This document shows positions 1 through 8,936 of a stretch of 45,672 nt of DNA, piece after piece. Each line of letters starts with the position of its first letter. Within the stretch, counting starts at the first letter, position 1. The position numbers were made by a program, and so were the translations under genes. The stretch covers positions 1-45,672 of the forward strand of contig WHSX01000002.1 of assembly GCA_009379865.1 (NCBI GenBank), written 5' to 3'. The notes beneath the pieces are model-generated. The model was given only the letters and a program-made list of their open reading frames with translations, was not told the DNA's origin and searched no databases. The DNA comes from Candidatus Nitrosocosmicus sp. Its GTDB lineage: Archaea > Thermoproteota > Nitrososphaeria > Nitrososphaerales > Nitrososphaeraceae.

Positions 1-2
1 CA

Positions 3-74
3 GGAATAGATTTAGCCACTGGACCTCCTTTCCCTCTAAATGAATTATTAATCGACTGGAATGAAGAGAAATAA
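3..74 (+). CDS. Possible 3' end of a gene entering from the left edge
   Basis: Open frame GIDLATGPPFPLNELLIDWNEEK* ends at TAA 72-74, convergent with the next gene; too short to assign. Confidence 0.3.
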   Translation, partial: GIDLATGPPFPLNELLIDWNEEK

Positions 75-161
75 GTGTCAATAAATTTTGAATCTTACTT
101 GATTTTTCTCTGTGGTAAGCATTTCTAATAACTAGTTTAATAAAATAATAAATGAAATAGG

Positions 162-638
162 TTACCTTGACATCTTCGCAAAAGCCTCTTCTGCTGCTTT
201 ATTCATTTCTTCTGGAGTAAGATCCTTTATGTGCGTCATTATTGACCATCGATGTCCAAAAGGATCCTCAATACTTCCGAGTCTATCGCCCCAAAATTGA
301 TCTGCGACTAGATCTAGCACCTTTGCTCCTTCAGATACTGCAAGATTAAACGTTTTATCAACGTCCTCAACATACAAAATCAATGAAATGGGGCTTCCCC
401 CGATTGTCGTCGGCGAAAGAAACTTCATTTCTGGAAACTCGTCTCCAAGCATAATCATTGAATCCCCTATTTCAAGTTCGGCGTGAGCAACCTTCTTTCC
501 ATCAGGCATCATCATACATGCTCGTTGGGTAGCTCCAAACACCTTTTTATAATACTCGATAGCCTTTAACCCATCGTTTACAATTAAAGCGGGTGTGACG
601 GAACGATATCCATCTGGAATTTTTTTTACTTCTGTCAT
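162..638 (-). CDS. VOC/glyoxalase family protein (PhnB-like)
   Basis: IPDGYRSVTPAL, HAELEIGDS, DQFWGDRLGSIEDPFGHRWSI motifs typical of PhnB-like VOC proteins. Confidence 0.9.
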   Translation of the reverse strand: MTEVKKIPDGYRSVTPALIVNDGLKAIEYYKKVFGATQRACMMMPDGKKVAHAELEIGDSMIMLGDEFPEMKFLSPTTIGGSPISLILYVEDVDKTFNLAVSEGAKVLDLVADQFWGDRLGSIEDPFGHRWSIMTHIKDLTPEEMNKAAEEAFAKMSR

Positions 639-1016
639 ACAGACACGATTGACAGAAAGTATTATTTATATTATCTAGATATCCTAGAGTTTGAGAATGA
701 TTTTGAAATTTCTCAATTGATGGTAAATAGATTTAACTTGTGACCCAAATACAAAACATTTCAAATTCCTCTAGGCTCATCCTCCATAGATTAATCTCAA
801 GTTAATTTTTCGCTTTCGTAATTAACTAGTTGCTTTTCCTTAAATCTTAGATAACACATATAATTTATATTAAATTTAATCAGTTTACAATCCAGAGTTT
901 TACAATACAACTATAGAAAATTTCAGTATAAACCCATGACTACCTGAGAGGTAAACAAATCTCGCTTATCCTCATGTTTGAGATAGGGATGTAGAATTAT
1001 TTTCCCTGTTTTTATA

Positions 1017-1045
1017 GCAGGGCTTCGAGTCCCAGTCCCGGTGCA
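1017..1045 (+). other. Degenerate tRNA 3'-half-like fragment (T-arm plus acceptor strand)
   Basis: GCAGGGC-TTCGAGT-CCCAG-TCCCGGT-GCA: TTCGAGT T-loop with a GGG/CCC stem, GC-rich in an AT-rich background; no 5' half visible. Confidence 0.4.
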
Positions 1046-1054
1046 TGTCAAACT

Positions 1055-1109
1055 AAATATTATGATTGTATTCAATCTTGAACCGTATCCCCACGTATGA
1101 GAACTGTTA
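1055..1109 (+). repeat. ATCCCCAC-core site 1 (left arm Y, right arm R2)
   Basis: AAATATTATGATTGTATTCAATCTTGAACCGT-ATCCCCAC-GTATGAGAACTGTTA; 53/55 identical to 6321-6375. Confidence 0.9.
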
Positions 1110-1350
1110 TCAAGTAATGGTACCACCATAGTATCGGCGTACGATGATGAATCAAAAATTCAAAGATATGTGATTTTCATTTTATTATAAGGAAAATGTG
1201 GTTGGTATTGCAAAACTAAATGCTCCTTTAGAAGAAGGAGATGGTAAAGCCTGTTTGAAGGTATTAAGAGATATGATGGATTTTGGAACCCAATATCATT
1301 GAAATATCTGAACCATAAAGTAAATGTTTCCCCAGCAGAGCTGATTTTAT

Positions 1351-1941
1351 TTGTTCGTAATGCATACTATGACTATGAGCAAGCTCACAAAGGATTTGTC
1401 ACCAGAACAGCATGAAGAACTAATCAGAGCATTGAAAACCCGTTTTGAGAAAAACATGAACCGCCATAAAGGTCTTGAATGGGATAAATTACACTCGAAG
1501 CTGGTATCTAATACTGAAATACTGTATTCACTCAATGAAATGGAACGAACTGACGGTGAACCAGATGTCGTTAGTCAAGACAAAAAGACGGGCGAATTCA
1601 TTTTTTATGATTGTTCAGCAGAAAGTCCCAAGGGTCGTAGAAATGTTTGTTACGACCGTCAAGGACAGGAGGCAAGAAAATCATTCAAACCACAAGATAA
1701 CGCTATCGATATGGCAGCTGCCATGGGCATTGAGATTTTAACTGAAGAACAATATCGAGAGCTGCAGAAACTTGGAAATTTCGATACTAAGACGTCCAGC
1801 TGGGTGAAAACACCTTCTAACATTAGAAAACTTGGCGGCGCCCTCTTTGCTGATCGCCGATACGATACTGTTTTCGTGTATCACAATAGCGCTCCCTCTT
1901 ACTATAGTGTGAGGTCGTTCCGTGGCTCGCTAAGAGTCTAG
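1351..1941 (+). CDS. DUF4256 family protein (true start may be ATG 1360, 1369 or 1375)
   Basis: RFEKNMNRHKGLEW, SLNEMERTDGEPDV, DCSAESPKGRR, FDTKTSSWVKTP, RSFRGSLRV are characteristic of DUF4256. Confidence 0.88.
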   Translation: MFVMHTMTMSKLTKDLSPEQHEELIRALKTRFEKNMNRHKGLEWDKLHSKLVSNTEILYSLNEMERTDGEPDVVSQDKKTGEFIFYDCSAESPKGRRNVCYDRQGQEARKSFKPQDNAIDMAAAMGIEILTEEQYRELQKLGNFDTKTSSWVKTPSNIRKLGGALFADRRYDTVFVYHNSAPSYYSVRSFRGSLRV

Positions 1942-2075
1942 ATTTGGACAGTCGATATATGATAGGATAATCACATTTAACAATTTTAATAGACTCTATG
2001 ACCCATCTGGAGAAGTAAAATATCTATTACTAAACCCCCGGCGGCCGTTAATCATACCTGATTCACCTTTAAAGC

Positions 2076-2175
2076 TATCATTAAATTGCATTAGAACCCT
2101 ACTACCACTAGGAACTTAATCCCCACGCGCCCAGACTGTTACTAGATGTCACACCAAAGTATCAGATATTAAGCA
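2076..2175 (+). repeat. ATCCCCAC-core site 2 (left arm X, right arm R1a)
   Basis: TTGCATTAGAACCCTACTACCACTAGGAACTTA-ATCCCCAC-GCGCCCAGACTGTTACTAGATGTC..; 2086-2175 aligns to 12746-12834 at 81/90. Confidence 0.9.
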
Positions 2176-2575
2176 CTAATATGCATAATCAGCTCATAGA
2201 ATTTGTTGTGCTATTCAGTGTTATAGAACCCTGCTAGTTTGAAATCTCACAAACTAATTCTAAAACTGCTAGAATATTATTGAGACAACAATTTAGTCAT
2301 TATTATAAAAATTATCTTTATAAATATATAATCTTTGCAATCAACCAAAATCTACCGATTTTTCTAACAACCACATTTTTTTCAAACCATGTTACAAAAG
2401 CTTCTTGCATTCTCTGAAGGGGCCCATCTGTTTCTAACTTGGCTAATGTTTTTAGCCAAGTTATTTATTTAAATATACTTCAGATGGTAAAGTAATTGAG
2501 TCATAACGTTCACGACTACCATCTTGCATTTGAACTCCTATCGCTCATCACTCATGTCAAGCGACGACATTCAGA

Positions 2576-2741
2576 TATCATTTTCTGGCAACTATAATTA
2601 TTGCAGTAATTATAACATATGCTACCTGAAATGTTTCTGTTGCAACTGCCAATTCAGTTATCATTTTCTGGCAACTATAATTATTGCAGTAATTATAACA
2701 TATGCTACCTGAAATGTTTCTGTTGCAACTGCCAATTCAGT
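2576..2741. repeat. Perfect 83-bp tandem duplication
   Basis: 2576-2658 equals 2659-2741; duplicates the 3' end and stop codon of the 2661-3065 gene. Confidence 0.95.
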
Positions 2742-3065
2742 TATCCCAGGTGGTGTCAACTGCGGATTCCTAACCGATTCAATGACTACGTAACCAGTTA
2801 AACCTACTAACACAGTCGTACCAGCAATTCCAATAATATTCCAAATCCTGCCCCATCTTCTAACCATCGGTAAAACCCAAAAGATCTGTGCCAGACCAGA
2901 AATCAAAAAAAGCGTAGTGTATTGGATACCTGCAGTAATCGAGCTTGGAACTAACACGAGGTGCAAAATTCCAGCTAAACCAGTACATACTGCAGCCCCA
3001 AGATATACAAGATATAGAAGTGTTCTATTAGTATTTGTCATTTCTGATGCGTGTTTTTTGTTCAT
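2661..3065 (-). CDS. Small integral membrane protein (about 4 TM helices)
   Basis: Four hydrophobic stretches; AGILHL..LFLISGLAQIFW..IGIAGT pattern. Confidence 0.75.
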   Translation of the reverse strand: MNKKHASEMTNTNRTLLYLVYLGAAVCTGLAGILHLVLVPSSITAGIQYTTLFLISGLAQIFWVLPMVRRWGRIWNIIGIAGTTVLVGLTGYVVIESVRNPQLTPPGITELAVATETFQVAYVIITAIIIVARK

Positions 3066-3712
3066 AATCTTTGATATATAATAAATTTGAACTAATTTAG
3101 ATTATAAATGTGCTATAATAATTCGCATATTATATTTTCTCTTTAATTGAACTGTGGTATTATGGGGCATAAGGTTCCCTATTTGATACTCTAACGTCAG
3201 AGTAAAACCATCAATTTTTCTGTAGACTAAAATATAAAAAAATTGAACCATTGGTTCTATAGTTGAGTCAATGTACAATATACTAATATTTAATTATCTC
3301 AAATAATGGCTTTTCTGACAAGGTGTGAATTATAAATTTTTTCTTCAATTATTGTTGAGGAATGATATATTGACTGTCAGAACGAATTGCATTAAATTAT
3401 ATCTTTAAATTGTCACCAATACTAAAGGATAAAACCACAAATACAAAAACACAGGTAAAAAATTCCGCTTTAGAAAATAATTTATTATAATTTCACGTAT
3501 AAGTATACTCCTTCTGCAAAAGGATGTAGGCTTTGGCGTAAGCCAATAAAGGTCTTGAGATGCGCCAACAGATCTCAATACCAAGATCCAATGCCTGCAT
3601 ATGCTAAATTGTGTTCTCATTCTCATCTTTTAGTTTCAATTCTCAAGCAGGATCAACTTTAATAGATTTTAGTTTTTAGATCTTTATCTCTGTCTAATTT
3701 GATTATACCCCG

Positions 3713-3782
3713 TATCATTAAGTTGCATTAGAACACTACTACCACTGGGAACTTAATCCCCACGCGCCCAAACTCAATGATA
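3713..3782 (+). repeat. ATCCCCAC-core site 3 (left arm X, right arm R1b)
   Basis: TATCATTAAGTTGCATTAGAACACTACTACCACTGGGAACTTA-ATCCCCAC-GCGCCCAAACTCAATGATA. Confidence 0.9.
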
Positions 3783-3856
3783 CTTTATATGATAATGATA
3801 TTATGATACACTTGGATTTGAACTCCTAGCTAAACGGGGTGTCAAATTAATTATAG

Positions 3857-3894
3857 ATTCTATTCAATCTTGAATCGTATCCCCACAGGCCGTT
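3857..3894 (+). repeat. ATCCCCAC-core site 4 (left arm Y, unique right arm)
   Basis: ATTCTATTCAATCTTGAATCGT-ATCCCCAC-AGGCCGTT. Confidence 0.85.
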
Positions 3895-4070
3895 CCTTTG
3901 CTGGTTTTTCTATATCTGGATATTGATCAGCAACCAATTTAGTCACTTTTGCTCTTATTTCAAAGTCTGCATCGTCATTAAGAAGCAATAGGGACGATCT
4001 ATCCAAATGGGAATTGTAAATTCTATTTATTTGCCTTGTGAAAACGTATCATTATAGTACAATTTTCGTT

Positions 4071-4589
4071 CTACCTTTTTACTTTGCCGTGGTCCCACGT
4101 TGCATAAAACTTTGGTGTTATCTCTAATAAGATGGCACCTCCTTCTCTGATGTTACTTATGATAGTCTGTGACATGGGATGCGCAATGCTTCCAAGATAT
4201 TTGACTACAATCTTTTCAATTATGGGCAGGTTATAGTCAACATCATCAGATATTCTTACTGTTCCCTTACCACGAACTCCTTTGTAAGGTATTCTGTCAT
4301 CGTCTATACAATAGTATATGATGTTATTCCTTCTTAGGTTTTGAGTTTTCTTAGATTCTCTCCCACTTTCTATGTAAATCTTATTATTATTGTTGTCAAA
4401 ATAATACCATGTAGGATGTATGTTGGGTTCTCCCTTTTGGTCTAAAGTTGAAATGTGAACATTTTTGTTGCTGTTGACCAAGAAATCTCTAACTTCGTCT
4501 TCTGTCATTGGACCGCCAAATTCTGGTTCACTTGCATCAAGGATCTTCACAGCATGCTTTGAACGGGATTGAATAAAAACATAGCCCAT
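4071..4589 (-). CDS. Pyridoxamine 5'-phosphate oxidase-like split-barrel (FMN/F420-binding) protein
   Basis: ISTLDQKGEPNIHPTWY, SKKTQNLRRN, YKGVRGKG, EITPKFYATWDHGK; start may be GTG at 4550. Confidence 0.85.
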   Translation of the reverse strand: MGYVFIQSRSKHAVKILDASEPEFGGPMTEDEVRDFLVNSNKNVHISTLDQKGEPNIHPTWYYFDNNNNKIYIESGRESKKTQNLRRNNIIYYCIDDDRIPYKGVRGKGTVRISDDVDYNLPIIEKIVVKYLGSIAHPMSQTIISNIREGGAILLEITPKFYATWDHGKVKR

Positions 4590-4643
4590 TGATATCGCTA
4601 CCCGAATCTAGTTTAAATAACTGGATCATTAGACTGACTTATC

Positions 4644-5051
4644 ATGAGTGATGATACTTATGAAGAAATATACAGAAAATTTTTTACAACAGACGATTTG
4701 ATTGAGATGGAGTGGAAAATCCTAAAGTATATGTGTGATATGTCCGGAATATATGATACTTTTCCTGAAACACTGTTATTTCATAGGAACGATTTTAAAA
4801 CTATTATCGATCGTAAACTCGAACAAGGATATTCCGATGATATAGTGGGTAGACTTTACAAACTAATTATGGATAAGGTCATGACTCGGCTGAAACAAAG
4901 AAATGCAGTAGAAGTAGTTGCTCAGTATCAATATGGCGATTCGAAAATGATTCTTTATGAAAAAAAGAAAATACTAAAAGATTTATGTAATGAATTTAAG
5001 AAATATACGGAAGTAGACAAGTCTTTTATAGACAGGCTTTTACCTTGTTAG
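4644..5051 (+). CDS. Hypothetical protein
   Basis: 135-aa ATG ORF divergent from the split-barrel gene, ending just before site 5; no recognisable motif. Confidence 0.6.
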   Translation: MSDDTYEEIYRKFFTTDDLIEMEWKILKYMCDMSGIYDTFPETLLFHRNDFKTIIDRKLEQGYSDDIVGRLYKLIMDKVMTRLKQRNAVEVVAQYQYGDSKMILYEKKKILKDLCNEFKKYTEVDKSFIDRLLPC

Positions 5052-5071
5052 CACTCAACATTAAACTTATT

Positions 5072-5225
5072 TTGCGATAGAGCCCTATTACCTCAAGGAA
5101 CTTAATCCCCACGCGCCCAAACTAAATGATACTGTAGTAGGTAATGATATTGCGTCTAGTCGGGATTGCAACCTTTTTCCAAACATTAGTGTTATATTAA
5201 TTCTAAATTCTATTCACTTTGAACC
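5072..5225 (+). repeat. ATCCCCAC-core site 5 (X + R1b) followed by a truncated Y arm
   Basis: TTGCGATAGAGCCCTATTACCTCAAGGAACTTA-ATCCCCAC-GCGCCCAAACTAAATGATAC...ATTCTATTCACTTTGAA; colinear with 3723-3875. Confidence 0.85.
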
Positions 5226-5565
5226 TTGTTTTCAGGACTATATTCAAGCGAACACAGATATACAGAACTTGGCTGACATTTGACTCTATGTCTGTCTAAC
5301 GTATATTTGATCTGACTCATTACGTTATTTCAAAACTTGTAGATATGGAGACTCAAATTGGATTAGAGATCTGAAATATGTGAAGAAAATTTTTTACCAA
5401 AGAGGACTTTTAATATACTTTTGATCCCGTCTATACTTATTAGGACCGCTAATACCCTATTACTCATGACTAATCCTTATTTACAAGAATATATTTTTGA
5501 ATCAACTGAATTTATCAGAAAAAGAAAACAGGATCTTCAAATTAAGAATTCTGGGGGGAACATAG

Positions 5566-6159
5566 ATGAGTGATAATAAAAAGGCTATGAGAAAATTAAA
5601 ACTACATGTAGGAATGTCCATTGATGGCTGTATAGCAGGACCCAACAATGAAATGGACTGGATAGACTTTACTTGGGATAAAAAATTCCGAGAATATGAA
5701 GACAAGTTGCACGAACCAGTTGATACCATTCTCCTGGGAAGGAAAATGACTGATGAATTTATAGCAACCTGGTCTAATTTTGTGAAAAAACCCGATGACT
5801 CCTGGTATGCATTCGCTAAAAAAATGATAGAAACGCCAAAAATTGTTTTTACTAAATCATTAACCAAATCAGAGTGGCCAAATACTAAAATAGCAACAGG
5901 CGACCTAAATGAAGAAATTACAAAGTTAAAGAGTCAAGAAGGTGGCGATATCATAGTTTATGGTGGTGCCTCATTCGATTCTTCCTTGATTAAAGAAAAC
6001 TTGATTGATGAATATTATTTGTTTATTAATCCTGTAGCAATTGGGAATGGAAAGACCATTTTTAAGGACCTAAAAGAGATTCGTAAATTATCTCTTATTG
6101 AATCAATCGCGTTTGACTCTGGAACAGTTTTGCTCCACTATGAAGTAAAGAGAAATTGA
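5566..6159 (+). CDS. Dihydrofolate reductase-like (RibD C-terminal domain) protein
   Basis: MSIDGCIAGPNNEMDW, ILLGRK, KIVFTKSL, GGDIIVYGGA, LIDEYYLFINPVAIGNGK. Confidence 0.92.
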   Translation: MSDNKKAMRKLKLHVGMSIDGCIAGPNNEMDWIDFTWDKKFREYEDKLHEPVDTILLGRKMTDEFIATWSNFVKKPDDSWYAFAKKMIETPKIVFTKSLTKSEWPNTKIATGDLNEEITKLKSQEGGDIIVYGGASFDSSLIKENLIDEYYLFINPVAIGNGKTIFKDLKEIRKLSLIESIAFDSGTVLLHYEVKRN

Positions 6160-6320
6160 AAACATGAGATCTAAATAAATAAATGGAAAAGTCAGTTGGC
6201 TATTTTTTTGAGTATTATCCCATTTACCACACTGTCACATAAAGATATCCAGACGGACTACCTTCTAAATCATCTAACCTTCAAAATCCTGATCCACTTT
6301 CTATTATATTTTATACCATG

Positions 6321-6375
6321 AAATATTATGATTGTATTCAATCTTGAATCGTATCCCCACGGATGAGAACTGTTA
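6321..6375 (+). repeat. ATCCCCAC-core site 6 (Y + R2)
   Basis: 53/55 identical to site 1 (1055-1109). Confidence 0.9.
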
Positions 6376-6528
6376 CCAATAATGATATCTAATCTGTCGA
6401 TTTAGAAGCTTACATACAGATAATAGAGTAAATGGCAATTAGGAGTATCCGATAGAGTATTTCTTCTGCATCCTTCTTAATCTATTTAAAAAGCATCTTT
6501 GCTGAAGTCAAATAAAAGGGTTTGTGGA

Positions 6529-7953
6529 TTATATAGGAGGATTGAATTTCGTGAAACTATCGTTTAATCTTTCATAGGCGTATGCTAAAGACAATATTTT
6601 TTCTTCTGCAAATGGTGATCCAATGATTTGTGCTCCTATTGGTAATTTGTCTTTTGTAAAGCCTATCGGAATACTTATCACAGGTAGACCAGTACTATCA
6701 AATGCAATAGTTTGTCTGCTTAGGGTTTGATAGATTTGTAAAGTTTTACCACCTATCTCTATAGTTTGTTCATTAAATGTTGGTGCAGCAATAGGAGTTG
6801 TAGGGATAATTAGTACATTTTCATCTCCTAATAGTCTTATGAAATCATTTCTTAATTCCGTTCTAAATCTTTGAGCTCGAATATATTCTATCGCAGATAC
6901 TTCAGTTCCCTGTGTCAACATTTTTCGAACATCGTCACCGTACTCTTCTGATCTTGTATTCAACCAATGTTGATGGATTTCTGCCGATTCACCAAGTCGT
7001 AATGGTCTCCATGATTCATAGATCTTATCTGCTTCCTTTAAATGAACATCAGTTACTGATGATATATCCATGGATATCAGGGCATCGACAAAATCAAAGA
7101 ATATTTTTTCCACCTCCGGGTGTAAATGATCAAAAAAATACTCTTTTGGTATCCCTACTGATTGTCTTTTAAATTCATTTTCTTTTGTTTCGATAGCTTT
7201 AATGTAGTCAGGAACGTTCTTATTTTCACTGCTGGGATCCAGGGGATCTTGGCCCGCTATAGTTTGCAATACCGCTGCCGCGTCCCATACGCTTTTTGTT
7301 ATACATCCTACATGATCCAGTGAAGGTGCTAGATCGATTATTCCAAATTTGCTAACCCTTCCATATGTTGGTTTTAAACCAACGACACCGCAAAGTGAAG
7401 ATGGAACCCGTATGGAGCCACTAGTGTCAGTAGCTAATGCTACTGGAACCATATCCGATGAAACTGAGACAGCAGAACCTCCGCTAGAACCACCTGATAA
7501 TCGAGATTGGTTCCATGGGTTTTTAGAAGAACCAAAATGGGGATTTACGTTAGTTATTCCACAAGCAAACTCGTGAGTATTATTAGTACCTATCAATATT
7601 GCACCAGAGTTCTTCATTCTTGCTACAGATGTTGCGTCAACTTGTGATACAAAATCTGACATTATTTTTGAGCCAGCAGTACATCTTACTCCTTGTGCAC
7701 AGATTACATCTTTTATCGCAAAAGGAATTCCATGTAATGGTCCTCGATATCTCCCTTCATTAATCTCTTTTTCCGCCTCTTTTGCTGTCGCACGAGATTG
7801 TGCTTCAAGGACTGTGATGAAAGCGTCTAATGAGCCATTAAACTCCCTTATTCTCTCTAAACATGCTTCAACTATCTCCACAGGAGACAATTTCTTATTT
7901 CTTATTTCGGAAGATAATGTCTTTATGCTAGTAGGTTTTATCAGAGATGTCAT
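6529..7953 (-). CDS. Amidase-signature (Ser-cisSer-Lys) family enzyme, AtzE/GatA-like; candidate allophanate or carboxyurea amidohydrolase
   Basis: GPLHGIPFAIKD (K81), SGGSSGGSA, ATDTSGSIRVPS, GLKPTYGRVS; starts 2 bp after the biuH stop. Confidence 0.88.
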   Translation of the reverse strand: MTSLIKPTSIKTLSSEIRNKKLSPVEIVEACLERIREFNGSLDAFITVLEAQSRATAKEAEKEINEGRYRGPLHGIPFAIKDVICAQGVRCTAGSKIMSDFVSQVDATSVARMKNSGAILIGTNNTHEFACGITNVNPHFGSSKNPWNQSRLSGGSSGGSAVSVSSDMVPVALATDTSGSIRVPSSLCGVVGLKPTYGRVSKFGIIDLAPSLDHVGCITKSVWDAAAVLQTIAGQDPLDPSSENKNVPDYIKAIETKENEFKRQSVGIPKEYFFDHLHPEVEKIFFDFVDALISMDISSVTDVHLKEADKIYESWRPLRLGESAEIHQHWLNTRSEEYGDDVRKMLTQGTEVSAIEYIRAQRFRTELRNDFIRLLGDENVLIIPTTPIAAPTFNEQTIEIGGKTLQIYQTLSRQTIAFDSTGLPVISIPIGFTKDKLPIGAQIIGSPFAEEKILSLAYAYERLNDSFTKFNPPI

Positions 7954-7955
7954 TA

Positions 7956-8936
7956 TTACTTCTCGCCTTTGAAAGCAGATTGAACGCTTTTTACAAATTT
8001 TTTAGAATCTGTAACCCATCCAAAAACACCCCCCTGCATCTTTATTTGCTTTATTGCAGCTTCATAGTTACCATAATCCGTAGCGCCAGTACCATCCTTT
8101 AGTAATGTACACCAATATCCAAAATCATTAGCTTCTCTCATTATTGTATGAACACAGACATCTGTTGTGATTCCTGTTATTACTAGATGGGTAATTCCCA
8201 GATTCTTTAAAATTAACGGTAAATTGCTTTGTCCGAATGCTCCCTTTCCCGCTTTGTCAATTACATATTCCCCCTGAATTGGATATAGATCATTAATAAT
8301 GTCCCAATTCTTTTCTCCTCTTATCAATAACCTACCAAGACCGCCTTCTGGTGTATCGCCTATGCCCACACCATCTCCGATTATTTTACTCCGTAGGACC
8401 TTGTTATATGGTGCATCGGAAAGATCTGAAAGATGGCCCTCCCTGGTGTGAATAACTTTAATATCGGTTTTGTTTCGGATTGTATCCAAGACATATCGAA
8501 TAGGTTTGATTGGCGCTGAAGTTAACCCTAAATCATACCTCATGACGTCTACATAGCCCTTTGGACCACAGAAATCAATTTGCATATCTATGCTAATAAA
8601 TGCGGTTCTGGCTGAGTCAAACTCTACGTATGCTACGTCACCAAATCGAGGACAGTCCTCTACTTCAACCTGAAAAAGTTTGCCTTTTGGAGGTCCATAC
8701 AGCCAATTTGGAAATTTGAACGTATGTGTTTTTTTAAATTCTTCATAGTCTTTCTCAACTCGTGCCAATATCTCATTTTCTGTTTTGGTAACAGTGTCTT
8801 TATTCGTCTGCATAAATTGAAGATTTGCCTTATGTTTATTCTTAATCTCGATGAGACTGTTATTCAAATATTTTTTTGATTTTTTTTTCGCATCCACCTT
8901 AGCCTTTTCAAATAATTCATACTTTCTTGTAGTCAT
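7956..8936 (-). CDS. biuH: Biuret hydrolase (cysteine hydrolase/isochorismatase family)
   Basis: IDMQIDFCG..GYVDVM, HTREGH, DKAGKG, GITTDVCVHT.MREAND, ATDYGN, KMQGGVFG match my recollection of Rhizobium BiuH, including the Asp-Lys-Cys triad. Confidence 0.85.
   Translation of the reverse strand: MTTRKYELFEKAKVDAKKKSKKYLNNSLIEIKNKHKANLQFMQTNKDTVTKTENEILARVEKDYEEFKKTHTFKFPNWLYGPPKGKLFQVEVEDCPRFGDVAYVEFDSARTAFISIDMQIDFCGPKGYVDVMRYDLGLTSAPIKPIRYVLDTIRNKTDIKVIHTREGHLSDLSDAPYNKVLRSKIIGDGVGIGDTPEGGLGRLLIRGEKNWDIINDLYPIQGEYVIDKAGKGAFGQSNLPLILKNLGITHLVITGITTDVCVHTIMREANDFGYWCTLLKDGTGATDYGNYEAAIKQIKMQGGVFGWVTDSKKFVKSVQSAFKGEK

Noticed and set aside
923..1129. 68-aa ORF, and the other short antisense or nested ORFs in the track
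   Set aside because: This ORF overlaps repeat site 1; the others are shadows of well-supported genes.
2127..2141. GCGCCCAGACTGTTA as a tRNA-Asn anticodon arm
   Set aside because: The 3' stem strand and D-arm are missing, and other copies do not keep GTT.
1942..6528. Classical integron attC sites after the small genes
   Set aside because: I could not find RYYYAAC...GTTRRRY-bounded long hairpins; cargo occurs in both orientations and no intI is present.
6529..7953. gatA
   Set aside because: No gatB or gatC, GatA-specific motifs are absent, and the context is catabolic.
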